From positions 37 through 64,036 of the forward strand of contig JAGXFS010000104.1 of NCBI GenBank assembly GCA_024637275.1: 64,000 nt of DNA, read 5' to 3'. The stretch's first letter is position 1. The number at the start of each line of letters is the position of its first letter. The position numbers and the translations under genes were made by a program. Below the pieces are notes generated by a model. It had not been told where the DNA came from and searched no databases. It worked only from the letters and a program-made list of their open reading frames with translations. This document shows positions 28,408-36,807 of the stretch, piece by piece. The stretch is from Acidimicrobiia bacterium. GTDB lineage: Bacteria > Actinomycetota > Acidimicrobiia > Spongiisociales > JAENVV01.

Positions 28408-28875
28408 ATGAGCCGCATGACATGCCCGACTTGCCACAACGAACTGCCCGAGGAGACCTCGGACTGTCCGGTGTGCGCAGCCGAGGGCGATGTCGAGCCA
28501 ACCGTTATCTTTGTTCCCGTAACAGCCGGTCAGCATCCGGCCCTATCCCCAGATGAAGCCGCTCACGTCGACGGCATACCGGGTTACGCGCTGGTGGTCG
28601 AACGAGGACCCCGCGCTGGCATGACCTACGTGCTCAACGTTGGAACGACGACGGTCGGGCGGCACCCGAGCAGCGACATTTTTCTCGACGACATCACGGT
28701 AAGTCGACACCACTGCCGGTTCATGCTTGGCGAGTCGGGTCTGATCGTCGAGGATTCCGGGTCGACGAATGGGACTTACGTTCGTGACGTGGGGATCGAG
28801 CGAGCCCCGCTCCAAGCTGGAGATGAAGTGATCGTTGGGAAGTTTCATCTCATTGTGGCGCTCGGTGATGCCTGA
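28408..28875 (+). CDS. garA: FHA-domain regulator, GarA/OdhI orthologue, with an N-terminal C4 zinc ribbon
   Basis: The FHA core GRHPSSDIFLDDITVSRHHCRF...STNGTYV...GDEVIVGKFHLI closely resembles mycobacterial GarA. The position after gcvH is conserved. The N-terminus CPTCHNELPEETSDCPVC carries an ETS motif flanked by CxxC pairs. Confidence 0.8.
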   Translation: MSRMTCPTCHNELPEETSDCPVCAAEGDVEPTVIFVPVTAGQHPALSPDEAAHVDGIPGYALVVERGPRAGMTYVLNVGTTTVGRHPSSDIFLDDITVSRHHCRFMLGESGLIVEDSGSTNGTYVRDVGIERAPLQAGDEVIVGKFHLIVALGDA

Positions 28876-29542
28876 AACCGAACCGCTGTCTATCGGCGAA
28901 GTGATCAACCTCCTCAAAGACGATTTTCCGGAGATTTCGGTGTCGAAGGTGAGGTTTCTTGAGAACCAGGGTTTGGTTTCGCCGACGCGTAGCCAATCGG
29001 GCTATCGCCAGTTTTTCACCGACGACCTCGACCGTTTGCGGTTCATTCTTGGTCAGCAGCGCGATCATTTCCTACCCCTTAAAGTTATCAAGGCCCGGTT
29101 GGCGGACTGGGAGCATGGGATCACATCCTGGGACGATGACGAGCCACCTACTGCTGAATTCTTCAGCGAAGATGAACCGGTCACCGAAGACGAGCTGGCC
29201 CGTCGGTCCGGGCTTAATTCTGACGAGATAGCGCAACTGGAAGCGCATGGGGTGTTGCGGCGTACCAAAGGTGACCTCTTCAGCCCCGATGCGTTGGCGG
29301 TCGCACGCCAGGGCAGGCTGCTGCTCGATCTCGGATTGGAATCGCGACATATTCGCACGCTGCGTCTCACGGCAGATCGACAGGCCGATCTTGTACAGCA
29401 ACTGGTTGCCCCACTCATGCGCACCTCGAGCCCCGAAGCGCAGCAGAACGTCGCCGATCGAATGGCGATTCTCGCCAGATCGTTTTCAACTACCACCATG
29501 CATCTTCTGCGCGAGGAACTTGCCGTCATCCTCGACCGATGA
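28868..29542 (+). CDS. MerR-family transcriptional regulator (Rv1828-like)
   Basis: N-terminal HTH LSIGEVINLLKDDFPEISVSKVRFLENQGLVSPTRSQSGYRQF. The position after garA is conserved. 8-nt overlap with the garA stop. Confidence 0.8.
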   Translation: MPETEPLSIGEVINLLKDDFPEISVSKVRFLENQGLVSPTRSQSGYRQFFTDDLDRLRFILGQQRDHFLPLKVIKARLADWEHGITSWDDDEPPTAEFFSEDEPVTEDELARRSGLNSDEIAQLEAHGVLRRTKGDLFSPDALAVARQGRLLLDLGLESRHIRTLRLTADRQADLVQQLVAPLMRTSSPEAQQNVADRMAILARSFSTTTMHLLREELAVILDR

Positions 29543-30684
29543 CCCGGATCTCAACAGTCCTTACGATTGTTCTGGCATTACTGTCGGCTCCGATCGTTGG
29601 GGCAACGTCCCCGGCAACCCTCGCGCAGATCCCGATTCCGCTCGAAGGGCTGCCAATTCCACAGCCCCCCTCGGTGACGGCACAGTCGTGGATTCTGTAC
29701 GACGAAACATTTGACCAGGTGCTCGGTGAACTCGATCCCGATGATCAACGTCCCATGGCTTCAACCACCAAGATGATGACCGCGATCGTCGCATTGGAGA
29801 ACGCTGCGCTGACGGACCGGGTGACGATTTCAACCAATGCAGCGGAGGCCGGGGAGTCTGAAATCGGTCTCTATGCCGGTGAGTCGATGACGGTAGACGA
29901 TCTGCTGTATGCACTGCTACTGCAATCTGCGAATGATGGAGCCGTGGCCTTGGCAGAGCACGTTGGTGGGTCGGTAGCCGGCTTCGTTCGGATGATGAAC
30001 GACAAAGCGGTCGAGCTCGGACTCGAAAACACTCACTTTGCCAACCCGCATGGACTCGACGCACCGGGTCACTATTCATCCGCCCGTGATCTGCTGGCCA
30101 TTGCCCGGTACGGCATGGAGAATCCGGAGTTCGCCAAAATCGTCAAGACCACCAGCTACGACATGCCAGCCGCGCCAGACGGAACCGCCCGGGAAGCCAG
30201 ACTCTCCAATGAACTCGTCAGAACCTACGAGGGTGCTTTCGGCGTGAAGACCGGATACACCGATAAGGCCGGGCTGACGTTGATCGCCGGAGCTGAACGA
30301 GAAGGTCGACGCATATACGCCGTGGTGATGGACTCCGAAGACCATTTTGCCGACAGCGCACAACTGCTGAATTTCGGTTTCGAGGCGTTTACAGTCCTCT
30401 CCGTGTTCGATGTCGCCCAACAGCTAGGGATCGTGAGAACCGGGGACGACGTTGAACCGGCGCTCGCCGAGAATCCGGTCGAGGTGTTTGGTCCGACCGG
30501 CAACGAGGTCGTCGCTGAGCCTCGGTCCGGTGACGGTGGAGTCGTCGTTGTGGCCACCGTTAACGATGAAGTTATCGGGACCACCGGTATTCGCACGGAC
30601 CAGGTGCATGCGCTTCCCGCCCTCCGTGACTCGTTTGCCTGGGCAGGCCGGTATTGGAACTGGCTGTGGGGGCTTGAACAATGA
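29539..30684 (+). CDS. D-alanyl-D-alanine carboxypeptidase (class A low-MW PBP, PBP5/6-like)
   Basis: Signal peptide. SxxK (ASTTKMM), SxN (SAND) and KTG (KTGYT) active-site motifs, plus a C-terminal beta-sandwich domain. Confidence 0.88.
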   Translation: MTRISTVLTIVLALLSAPIVGATSPATLAQIPIPLEGLPIPQPPSVTAQSWILYDETFDQVLGELDPDDQRPMASTTKMMTAIVALENAALTDRVTISTNAAEAGESEIGLYAGESMTVDDLLYALLLQSANDGAVALAEHVGGSVAGFVRMMNDKAVELGLENTHFANPHGLDAPGHYSSARDLLAIARYGMENPEFAKIVKTTSYDMPAAPDGTAREARLSNELVRTYEGAFGVKTGYTDKAGLTLIAGAEREGRRIYAVVMDSEDHFADSAQLLNFGFEAFTVLSVFDVAQQLGIVRTGDDVEPALAENPVEVFGPTGNEVVAEPRSGDGGVVVVATVNDEVIGTTGIRTDQVHALPALRDSFAWAGRYWNWLWGLEQ

Positions 30685-31256
30685 CCGCGTCGTCGACTGT
30701 GGTCGAGATCGTGAACCCGGCAACGCTTCGGTCTCGAATCGCCGAGTTGGGAGCCCAATTATCGACCGAGTATGCGGGCAAAGTCCCGGTGTTTGTGGGG
30801 ATCTTGAACGGGTCTGTACCGTTCCTGGCGGATCTGACCCGTTCAGCCGACCTCGAACTAGAAGTCGACTTCCTCGGACTGACGAGATTTGGCGAGGGCG
30901 GCCGGGTTGACATCGCCTACGACTGTGCGACCGACCTGACCGATCGTCATGTCGTTTTGGTAGAGGACATCGTGGATACGGGCCTTACCCTCAGCAGCCT
31001 GCGCGGCATGATTGAGATCCGGCGCCCGGCGTCGTTGGCGACCGTAACTCTCATCGACAAAAGTGCCCGCCGCCTCGTCGACGTGCCACTGGAGTATCGG
31101 GGCTTCGAGGTGGGCGACGAATTCCTTCTCGGGTACGGTATGGACTGGGAGAACGCTTATCGCAATCTCCCCAGCCTATGGGCTGTGATGGATTTTGCGA
31201 CGTTCGTATCCGATCCGGCTTGTTTGGCACGGGCCGCCTTGGAGGTGAGACGGTGA
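30681..31256 (+). CDS. hpt: Hypoxanthine(-guanine) phosphoribosyltransferase
   Basis: PRPP-binding motif VVLVEDIVDTGLTLSSL and the N-terminal family sequence LRSRIAELGAQLSTEYAGK. ATGA overlap with the upstream stop. Confidence 0.88.
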   Translation: MTASSTVVEIVNPATLRSRIAELGAQLSTEYAGKVPVFVGILNGSVPFLADLTRSADLELEVDFLGLTRFGEGGRVDIAYDCATDLTDRHVVLVEDIVDTGLTLSSLRGMIEIRRPASLATVTLIDKSARRLVDVPLEYRGFEVGDEFLLGYGMDWENAYRNLPSLWAVMDFATFVSDPACLARAALEVRR

Positions 31257-31268
31257 TAACCTTGCATC

Positions 31269-31775
31269 ATGAGCGAGCCAGTACCAGTCGACCTTGTAGG
31301 GGTAAGAATTCAGCTGCCCTCCAACCAGCCAATAGTGCTGTTGCGTGAGCGCTTAGGGACCCGTTACCTGCCGATCTGGATTGGTGCCGTCGAAGCAACG
31401 GCCATTGCCTATGCCCTCGAAGGGGTTGAATCGGTGCGTCCCACCACCCATGACCTGCTCAAGATGCTCACCGAAGCCCTGGGCTCCCAGGTCGATCGGG
31501 TCGTCGTTACCGGGCTCCGTGACAGCGTCTTCTATGCGGATCTGGACCTCACTCGCGATGCCGATCATGTCACGTTGTCCGTCCGGCCGTCCGATGCGCT
31601 CGCTCTGGCCGCTCGGACCGGGTCACCGATTTTCGCAACGCCCGAAGTACTCGACGATGCCGGGATCGAGTTGGAAGGCGAGGAAGGCGACGACATGTCC
31701 GAGGACGAAATTGATCGCTTTCGGGAGTTCCTTGACGATATTGACCCGGGTGACTTCGAAGTACCGTCGCCGTGA
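31269..31775 (+). CDS. Bifunctional nuclease family protein (DUF151/BFN domain; Rv1829-like)
   Basis: N-terminus VDLVGVRIQLPSNQPIVLLRE...YLPIWIGAVEATAIAYALEGV is typical of DUF151. Conserved position between the two MerR genes. Confidence 0.75.
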   Translation: MSEPVPVDLVGVRIQLPSNQPIVLLRERLGTRYLPIWIGAVEATAIAYALEGVESVRPTTHDLLKMLTEALGSQVDRVVVTGLRDSVFYADLDLTRDADHVTLSVRPSDALALAARTGSPIFATPEVLDDAGIELEGEEGDDMSEDEIDRFREFLDDIDPGDFEVPSP

Positions 31776-32779
31776 GGCAGCGGTTCCGCCGCGCCGCGTC
31801 CTTCATGGTTGCCGTTACCCTGATCGGGACGATCGGCTACCGGTTGATCGAGGGAGCGCCGTGGTTCGACTCGTTCTACATGGTGGTCATGACGATCACG
31901 ACTGTAGGGTTTCTCGAAGTCTTTCCCTTGTCGACGCTTGGTCGATTGTGGACGGTGATCCTGATCATCTCGGGCCTCGGGTCGGTCTTTTATACGGCAA
32001 GCGTGGGACTCGAGCTCATCGTAGAATCAACCTCAATTTCGGGCAGGAGACGCCGATTGCAGCGAGACATTGACAGATTATCAAACCACCATATCCTCTG
32101 TGGATTCGGGCGCGTCGGCGTATCGGTCTGGCAGGATCTGGTGGATGGAGGCGAGGACGTCGTCGTCATTGAGATCAACGAAGATCGTTTCGCCTACGCC
32201 GAATCCCTCGGAGCACTGGTAGTCCTCGGGGACGCGACATCGAATGCTTCGCTCGATCAGGCTGGCATCGACCGGGCGGCTTCGGTGATGGCCAGCGTCC
32301 GAAACGACGCAGATAACCTGGTGATCTGTCTGTCGGCCAAGGCGATCCGCAACGATGTGCATGTCATTGCTCGCGCTGACGAGGCAGAGTCCGAGGAAAA
32401 GCTCCAACTTGCTGGCGCTGATCGGGTCGTGGCCCCCAATCGCGTCGGAGCTCGTCGGATGGCGGTCATGGCCATGCAACGAGGCTTCGGCGACGTCATC
32501 GAGTTCGTGATGCAGGGGAGTCGCCATTTTGAGCTGCGCGTAGAACGGATCCTGGTTGAAGGTGTATTGGTCGGGGAGACACTCAAGACGGCCGCCATTC
32601 GAGAACGGCTCGGAGCCATGGTGGTCGGAATTGACGATCCAACCTCGGGCGTCATCATCAACCCGGATCCTGACCTGATGCTGCTACCCGGACAATCCCT
32701 AGTGGCGATAGGCACTTTTGAACAATTAGAGCAGCTGAGGAAGCTGTCGGTCGTTGACACGGCGAGTGGGGCTGAGTAA
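31772..32779 (+). CDS. 2-TM cation channel with RCK/TrkA-N and TrkA-C domains (MthK/Kch-like); non-canonical filter TTVGFLE
   Basis: Pore-helix/filter region SFYMVVMTITTVGFLEVFP, Rossmann motif ILCGFGRVG, and a C-terminal TrkA-C domain. The GTG start overlaps the upstream stop (GTGA). Confidence 0.8.
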   Translation: MRQRFRRAASFMVAVTLIGTIGYRLIEGAPWFDSFYMVVMTITTVGFLEVFPLSTLGRLWTVILIISGLGSVFYTASVGLELIVESTSISGRRRRLQRDIDRLSNHHILCGFGRVGVSVWQDLVDGGEDVVVIEINEDRFAYAESLGALVVLGDATSNASLDQAGIDRAASVMASVRNDADNLVICLSAKAIRNDVHVIARADEAESEEKLQLAGADRVVAPNRVGARRMAVMAMQRGFGDVIEFVMQGSRHFELRVERILVEGVLVGETLKTAAIRERLGAMVVGIDDPTSGVIINPDPDLMLLPGQSLVAIGTFEQLEQLRKLSVVDTASGAE

Positions 32780-32838
32780 CTTCACGGTGGGGTAATTACG
32801 GGCGTGTAACCAAGTTCCACGCAGGAGGAAACCCAACC

Positions 32839-33309
32839 GTGACAACACATGGATTTCGCGCACCGCAGGTGTGCAAAGTAGTAAGCATTACATATCGCCA
32901 GCTCGATTACTGGGCGAGGACGGATTTGCTGACGCCGTCGCTCCAGGATGCCCATGGTTCGGGCTCGCAACGGTTGTATTCCTTTTCGGATGTGGTGCAG
33001 CTGAAGGTCATTAAGCGTCTGCTGGACGCCGGCATGAGCCTCAAACGTATCCGGCAGGCGATGGACATCCTCCGCGAACAGATGCAGAGCGACAATCCAC
33101 TGGCTGACGTGACGCTCCTGTCGGATGGCTCGACAATTTACGCGGCGAAAAGCCCAGACGAGGTCGTCGACGTGTTTCGACGCGGCCAGGGTGTTTTCGG
33201 GATCGCGGTTGGGCCAGTTCAAGCAGAACTCGAAGGGGAGATTCACCGATTGTTCGGAGATGTCCTCGCTCCAGCCGAAGTTGCTCCGGCGCTGGGAGAG
33301 GCCCTCTAA
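32839..33309 (+). CDS. MerR-family transcriptional regulator (Rv1830-like)
   Basis: HTH VVSITYRQLDYWARTDLLTP...SQRLYSFSDVVQLKVIKRLLDAGMSLKRI. GTG start. Confidence 0.8.
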   Translation: MTTHGFRAPQVCKVVSITYRQLDYWARTDLLTPSLQDAHGSGSQRLYSFSDVVQLKVIKRLLDAGMSLKRIRQAMDILREQMQSDNPLADVTLLSDGSTIYAAKSPDEVVDVFRRGQGVFGIAVGPVQAELEGEIHRLFGDVLAPAEVAPALGEAL

Positions 33310-33311
33310 TC

Positions 33312-33755
33312 GACGGGTCCTTCGAGCCAGAGCGAGCCGATACGATCGACTTCGCCCACAACAGCGAACGCCAGTTCGCCAAGCTGCTCGACTTCTACGG
33401 CCTGGCCTGGGACTACGAACCCACCTCGTTTGCGATCGGGTATGACGAGGCGGGCGAACCGGCGCGGTACTTCACGCCGGACTTCTACCTGCCGGGTGAA
33501 GGAACGTATATCGAAATCACCACAATGAACCAAAAGCTGGTCACAAAGAAGAACCGAAAGGTTCGCCTGCTCGCCGAGCACCATCCGGAGGTGAGCTGTC
33601 GAATCCTGTACCAACGTGATTACCTTCATCTCGTCATCAAATATGGACTCGAGGATCCCGATCAGAACGAAGAGATGGTTCCGCCGACCCGGATGCCGGG
33701 AGCACCTCGTATCGTTCGTTTGGACGATGACGGAAGATGGGAACAACCAGCGTGA
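33312..33755 (+). CDS. Hypothetical protein with PD-(D/E)xK-like motif (PDFYLP…YIEIT…K); no canonical start codon before internal ATG 33525
   Basis: A long stop-free frame with strong GC3 bias and a G-rich first codon position begins right after the merR stop. In-frame ATG/GTG/TTG are absent until 33525. The opposite-strand ORF 33306..33746 has its third positions on this frame's first positions and was judged a shadow. Confidence 0.45.
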   Translation, partial: DGSFEPERADTIDFAHNSERQFAKLLDFYGLAWDYEPTSFAIGYDEAGEPARYFTPDFYLPGEGTYIEITTMNQKLVTKKNRKVRLLAEHHPEVSCRILYQRDYLHLVIKYGLEDPDQNEEMVPPTRMPGAPRIVRLDDDGRWEQPA

Positions 33756-34555
33756 GTCTCAGTAACGTCCAGTCCGTAACGATCGGCGACCACACCCGTT
33801 TGGTCCGAACATGGGAGCGCCCGGATCGACCGTGGGCCTCGTTGCTGCTCGTCCACGGTATTGCCGAACATTCCGGTCGTTACGAACTGGTTGGCCGACA
33901 GTTGGCCGAGGCCGGTCTTAAGGTCCGCTCGTTCGACCTCCCGGGCTTTGGCGGTTCCGGTGGGAAACGGGGCCACATCGACTCATTCGAGGAGTATCTC
34001 GACGCGGTGGCAGACGAGCTGAGTTCAAGCTCCGAGGCTGGACTGCCAACGGTCCTGCTCGGTCACTCGCTCGGCGGACTCATCGCCCTCAAATACGCAC
34101 TTGATCGCACACCGACTCCGGACTATCTCGTCCTTTCGGCCCCGGCTATCGACGCGAACGTGCCGGCATGGCAGCGCACTATGGCCCCTCTGCTGGCCAG
34201 AATCGCGCCAAAGCTGACGATTCCCAATCCCGTCGATGGCGAACACCTTTCACGCGACCCGTCGGTTGCCGAGCGCTACTTTGCTGACCCACTCGTGTAC
34301 ACGAAAGCGTCTACACGGATGGGGGCCGAAATGTTTGAGGCCATGAAGGCAGTTGTTGGCCAGGTCCCGACCATGCCGACACACATCGTGCATGGGGGCG
34401 CCGACGAACTGGTTCCTGCACATTTCTCTGTGCCGCTCGGCGAAAAGGTCAGTCGTAAGTTGTATCCCAGCCTGCGCCACGAGGTGTTCAACGAACCAGA
34501 AGGGCCAGAAGTCATTGCCGATGTCGTGGCCTGGCTCAAAGAACAGATCAAGTAG
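33752..34555 (+). CDS. Alpha/beta hydrolase (lysophospholipase/monoacylglycerol lipase family)
   Basis: HG oxyanion motif LLLVHGIAEHSGRY, nucleophile elbow GHSLGG, and catalytic D/H in the C-terminus (HGGADELV). GTG 33752 overlaps the upstream stop (GTGA); ATG 33737 is an alternative. Confidence 0.85.
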   Translation: MSLSNVQSVTIGDHTRLVRTWERPDRPWASLLLVHGIAEHSGRYELVGRQLAEAGLKVRSFDLPGFGGSGGKRGHIDSFEEYLDAVADELSSSSEAGLPTVLLGHSLGGLIALKYALDRTPTPDYLVLSAPAIDANVPAWQRTMAPLLARIAPKLTIPNPVDGEHLSRDPSVAERYFADPLVYTKASTRMGAEMFEAMKAVVGQVPTMPTHIVHGGADELVPAHFSVPLGEKVSRKLYPSLRHEVFNEPEGPEVIADVVAWLKEQIK

Positions 34556-35573
34556 CGGCTGCGTAACCGGGCCGAACCTGGTTCTCCAGAATCGACATCA
34601 CAACTCCGGGAGCTGCGAAGGCCGCGCCGAGAGCGTTTTCGGTGACCGCCAGGAAGTCTTCTCGTACCCATCCGAACGTGTCCGCCAGTAGGGCAAACTC
34701 TCTGGTCATGCTGGTGCGGCTCATCAGCCGGTTGTCAGTGCTGACGGTCACCAAGAATCCCGCTCGGTACAGCAGATCGATCGGATGTTCACTCGGGGCG
34801 ATTCCGAGCGTGTGGCGGTTGGAGGTCGGACAGAGCTCCAGGGCTATCTGGCGGTCTCGCACTTGCGTCGCCACCGTACTGAGGTCAGTGATCTTTCCGT
34901 CGATGACCTGGCAGTCTTCGATGATGCGAACACCATGTCCGATCCTCTGAGCTCCGGACTGCAGTGCAGCTTCGATCGACGCTACGCCGTCGCCTTCGCC
35001 AGCATGGATGGTCAGGCCCAGGCCGCCTTGCAGGGCAAGATCACACGCCCGCTGGTGGAGAGTGGGCGGATAACCGGCCTCAGGACCGGCGAGATCGAAA
35101 CCTACGACGCGTTGGAGGTTGGTTCTCAGGGCTGCCGCCACTACCTCTTCTGAGTCAGACATTTGCCGCATCGCATCCACGATGATTGCGGTCCGGATAC
35201 CGGTCTCGGACTCGGCTCGATCCAATCCGGCGTCGATGGCGACGAGGACGTCTTCGATGCGTAATCCTTCCTCGGTGGCCAATGATGGAGCGAAACGCAA
35301 CTCGGCGTACACCACGCCATCGGCGGCCAGATCAGCGGCGCTCTCGTAGCTGATTCGTTCGAGGTTGCCGGTGGTCTGCATGGCGGAAACGGTCAGGCCG
35401 AAGGCATTGAGATATCGCTCCAAGGAATGGACGCCTTCTTGATCGAACCAGTCCGTCAGCTCAACGGGTGATGGAGTTGGCAGCACGGCGGTAGCGAGTT
35501 CGAGCACCGTGTCGACCCTGAGACCTCCGTCCAGGTGGTCGTGGAGCAGAACCTTGGGAATCGAGCCCGACAT
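34548..35573 (-). CDS. add: Adenosine deaminase
   Basis: N-terminus PKVLLHDHLDGGLR (metal-binding HxH), SLTIHAGE-like motif LTIHAGE and C-terminal TVSTDNRLMS (catalytic Asp). Start at internal ATG (MSGSIPKV); the longer ORF would overlap the upstream GNAT gene. Confidence 0.9.
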   Translation of the reverse strand: MSGSIPKVLLHDHLDGGLRVDTVLELATAVLPTPSPVELTDWFDQEGVHSLERYLNAFGLTVSAMQTTGNLERISYESAADLAADGVVYAELRFAPSLATEEGLRIEDVLVAIDAGLDRAESETGIRTAIIVDAMRQMSDSEEVVAAALRTNLQRVVGFDLAGPEAGYPPTLHQRACDLALQGGLGLTIHAGEGDGVASIEAALQSGAQRIGHGVRIIEDCQVIDGKITDLSTVATQVRDRQIALELCPTSNRHTLGIAPSEHPIDLLYRAGFLVTVSTDNRLMSRTSMTREFALLADTFGWVREDFLAVTENALGAAFAAPGVVMSILENQVRPGYAAAT

Positions 35574-36091
35574 CAAGACCGGGCGCCGGCCGCCCCCGCA
35601 CCGTTGATGACTTCTTCGCCAACAGAATCGAGATACCACCGACGCTCGACGACCTGCTCGCCGAATATCGTGGTACGCAGCGTTTCGCCCGGCACGAACT
35701 CGAGCCGCTCGAAGAACGGTTCGGAATCTTCATTGCCAAGAAGTACGTCGCAAGTAACCGGAAGCAGAGTCGCAACGTTCCTCACTTGTTCAACAAGGGA
35801 TCGGGCGGCCCCTCGCAGTCGGAAAGCGGGAAGGGTGAACAGAGCCGAGAGGAAGATCCGGTCATCCTCAATGAACGCGTCGGCAAAGGCTGCGGTTACT
35901 CCGTCGATGTCGACGATATAGACAGGATGATCTTGCCATCGCCGGGTCAGGGCCTCAGTCGAGTAAACACCTTCCAACCAGGCGTCGAGCGTTTCGGGCC
36001 GGAGAAAGCCCGCGTAGCTGTGGAGGATCGAGAGTGTCCCAATCCGCTGAATCGAATCCAGATCGTCTCGTCTGGCAAGTCGTGCATTCAC
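35573..36091 (-). CDS. GNAT-family acetyltransferase-like protein
   Basis: ~170 aa with a hydrophobic core consistent with a GNAT fold. Its stop overlaps the add start by 1 nt (operon). The assignment is weak and motif-level only. Confidence 0.5.
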   Translation of the reverse strand: MNARLARRDDLDSIQRIGTLSILHSYAGFLRPETLDAWLEGVYSTEALTRRWQDHPVYIVDIDGVTAAFADAFIEDDRIFLSALFTLPAFRLRGAARSLVEQVRNVATLLPVTCDVLLGNEDSEPFFERLEFVPGETLRTTIFGEQVVERRWYLDSVGEEVINGAGAAGARS

Positions 36092-36112
36092 TCAACCGAA
36101 CCTAGCGGATCA

Positions 36113-36658
36113 CTACTTGTCCGTCGGGAACAATGGGACGACCAAATACTCGTACACAGTATCGCCCCCCGATCCGCCAGCCTCAACTAGCAGTCGACCG
36201 TCTGTCTTTCGGACCAGGCGAAATACGACGTTGTCTTTTTGCCAAGCCACTGGTGCCTCTTCTTCGCCGAAGGCGGCCATGGGGGTTGGAACGCGGATCT
36301 TGGTCCATCCGTCGGCGTCGAGAATCTCCTGGTAGTAGGCAATGATGTCCGGATAGTCGGCCGGTGCCAAAACCACGTGGCCGGATTCTGGTTCGACATC
36401 GCGACCGAACGCCAGGGTGCTCGCCCGCCGGTCAAAAGAACTCAGGACGGTCGAGAGCGGGTAGAACTGTGTGTCAGGCCCGCCCACGGCTTCCAGTTCG
36501 AATTCTTTGAGCTCCTCCAGCGTGAACCCGTTTACCGATTCGGCTGAGACGGCAGAACTCGCTCCCCGAGCGATGATCCCGGACAACCCGGCGATGGCAA
36601 CGACGATGACCACAGGGAAGAGCAGAATCGCGATAAACCCGAGTATGACGTTCCTCAT
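36113..36658 (-). CDS. Hypothetical membrane-anchored (signal-anchor) protein
   Basis: Start at the ATG preceded by GGAGGG (MRNVILGFIAILLFPVVIVVAIAGLSG...). N-terminal TM helix followed by a soluble domain. Divergent from pstS. Confidence 0.55.
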   Translation of the reverse strand: MRNVILGFIAILLFPVVIVVAIAGLSGIIARGASSAVSAESVNGFTLEELKEFELEAVGGPDTQFYPLSTVLSSFDRRASTLAFGRDVEPESGHVVLAPADYPDIIAYYQEILDADGWTKIRVPTPMAAFGEEEAPVAWQKDNVVFRLVRKTDGRLLVEAGGSGGDTVYEYLVVPLFPTDK

Positions 36659-36721
36659 TCGACCCTCCGACGCCAAGCCTAACCCGACCACGACTCCCCG
36701 TAAGGATCTCCCATTCTCAAC

Positions 36722-36776
36722 GTTCATCTGGCGTTTACGTTTAGGAGTGTTGACGGCAACCCAGGCGATGTACCTT
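36722..36776 (+). promoter_or_regulatory. Candidate PHO-box-like direct repeats overlapping a sigma-70-like promoter upstream of pstS
   Basis: Adjacent 11-nt units GTTCATCTGGC / GTTTACGTTTA / (GGA)GTGTTGACGG at 36722-36757. A putative -35 TTGACG (36750-55) and -10 TACCTT (36771-76) lie about 30 nt upstream of the pstS GTG. Confidence 0.35.
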
Positions 36777-36807
36777 CTGGATCGAATCAAAACTAGGAGA
36801 GTACGAC

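Noticed and set aside
33125-33445. 106-aa plus-strand ORF overlapping the merR 3' end
   Set aside because: It is out of frame with both flanking coding signals and is Arg-rich low complexity, so it is a shadow ORF.
33306-33746. 146-aa minus-strand ORF spanning the merR–hydrolase gap
   Set aside because: Its codon third positions fall on the G-rich first positions of the plus-strand frame. The plus frame shows the classical coding pattern (GC3 ~80%) and a nuclease-like motif, so the minus ORF is judged a shadow.
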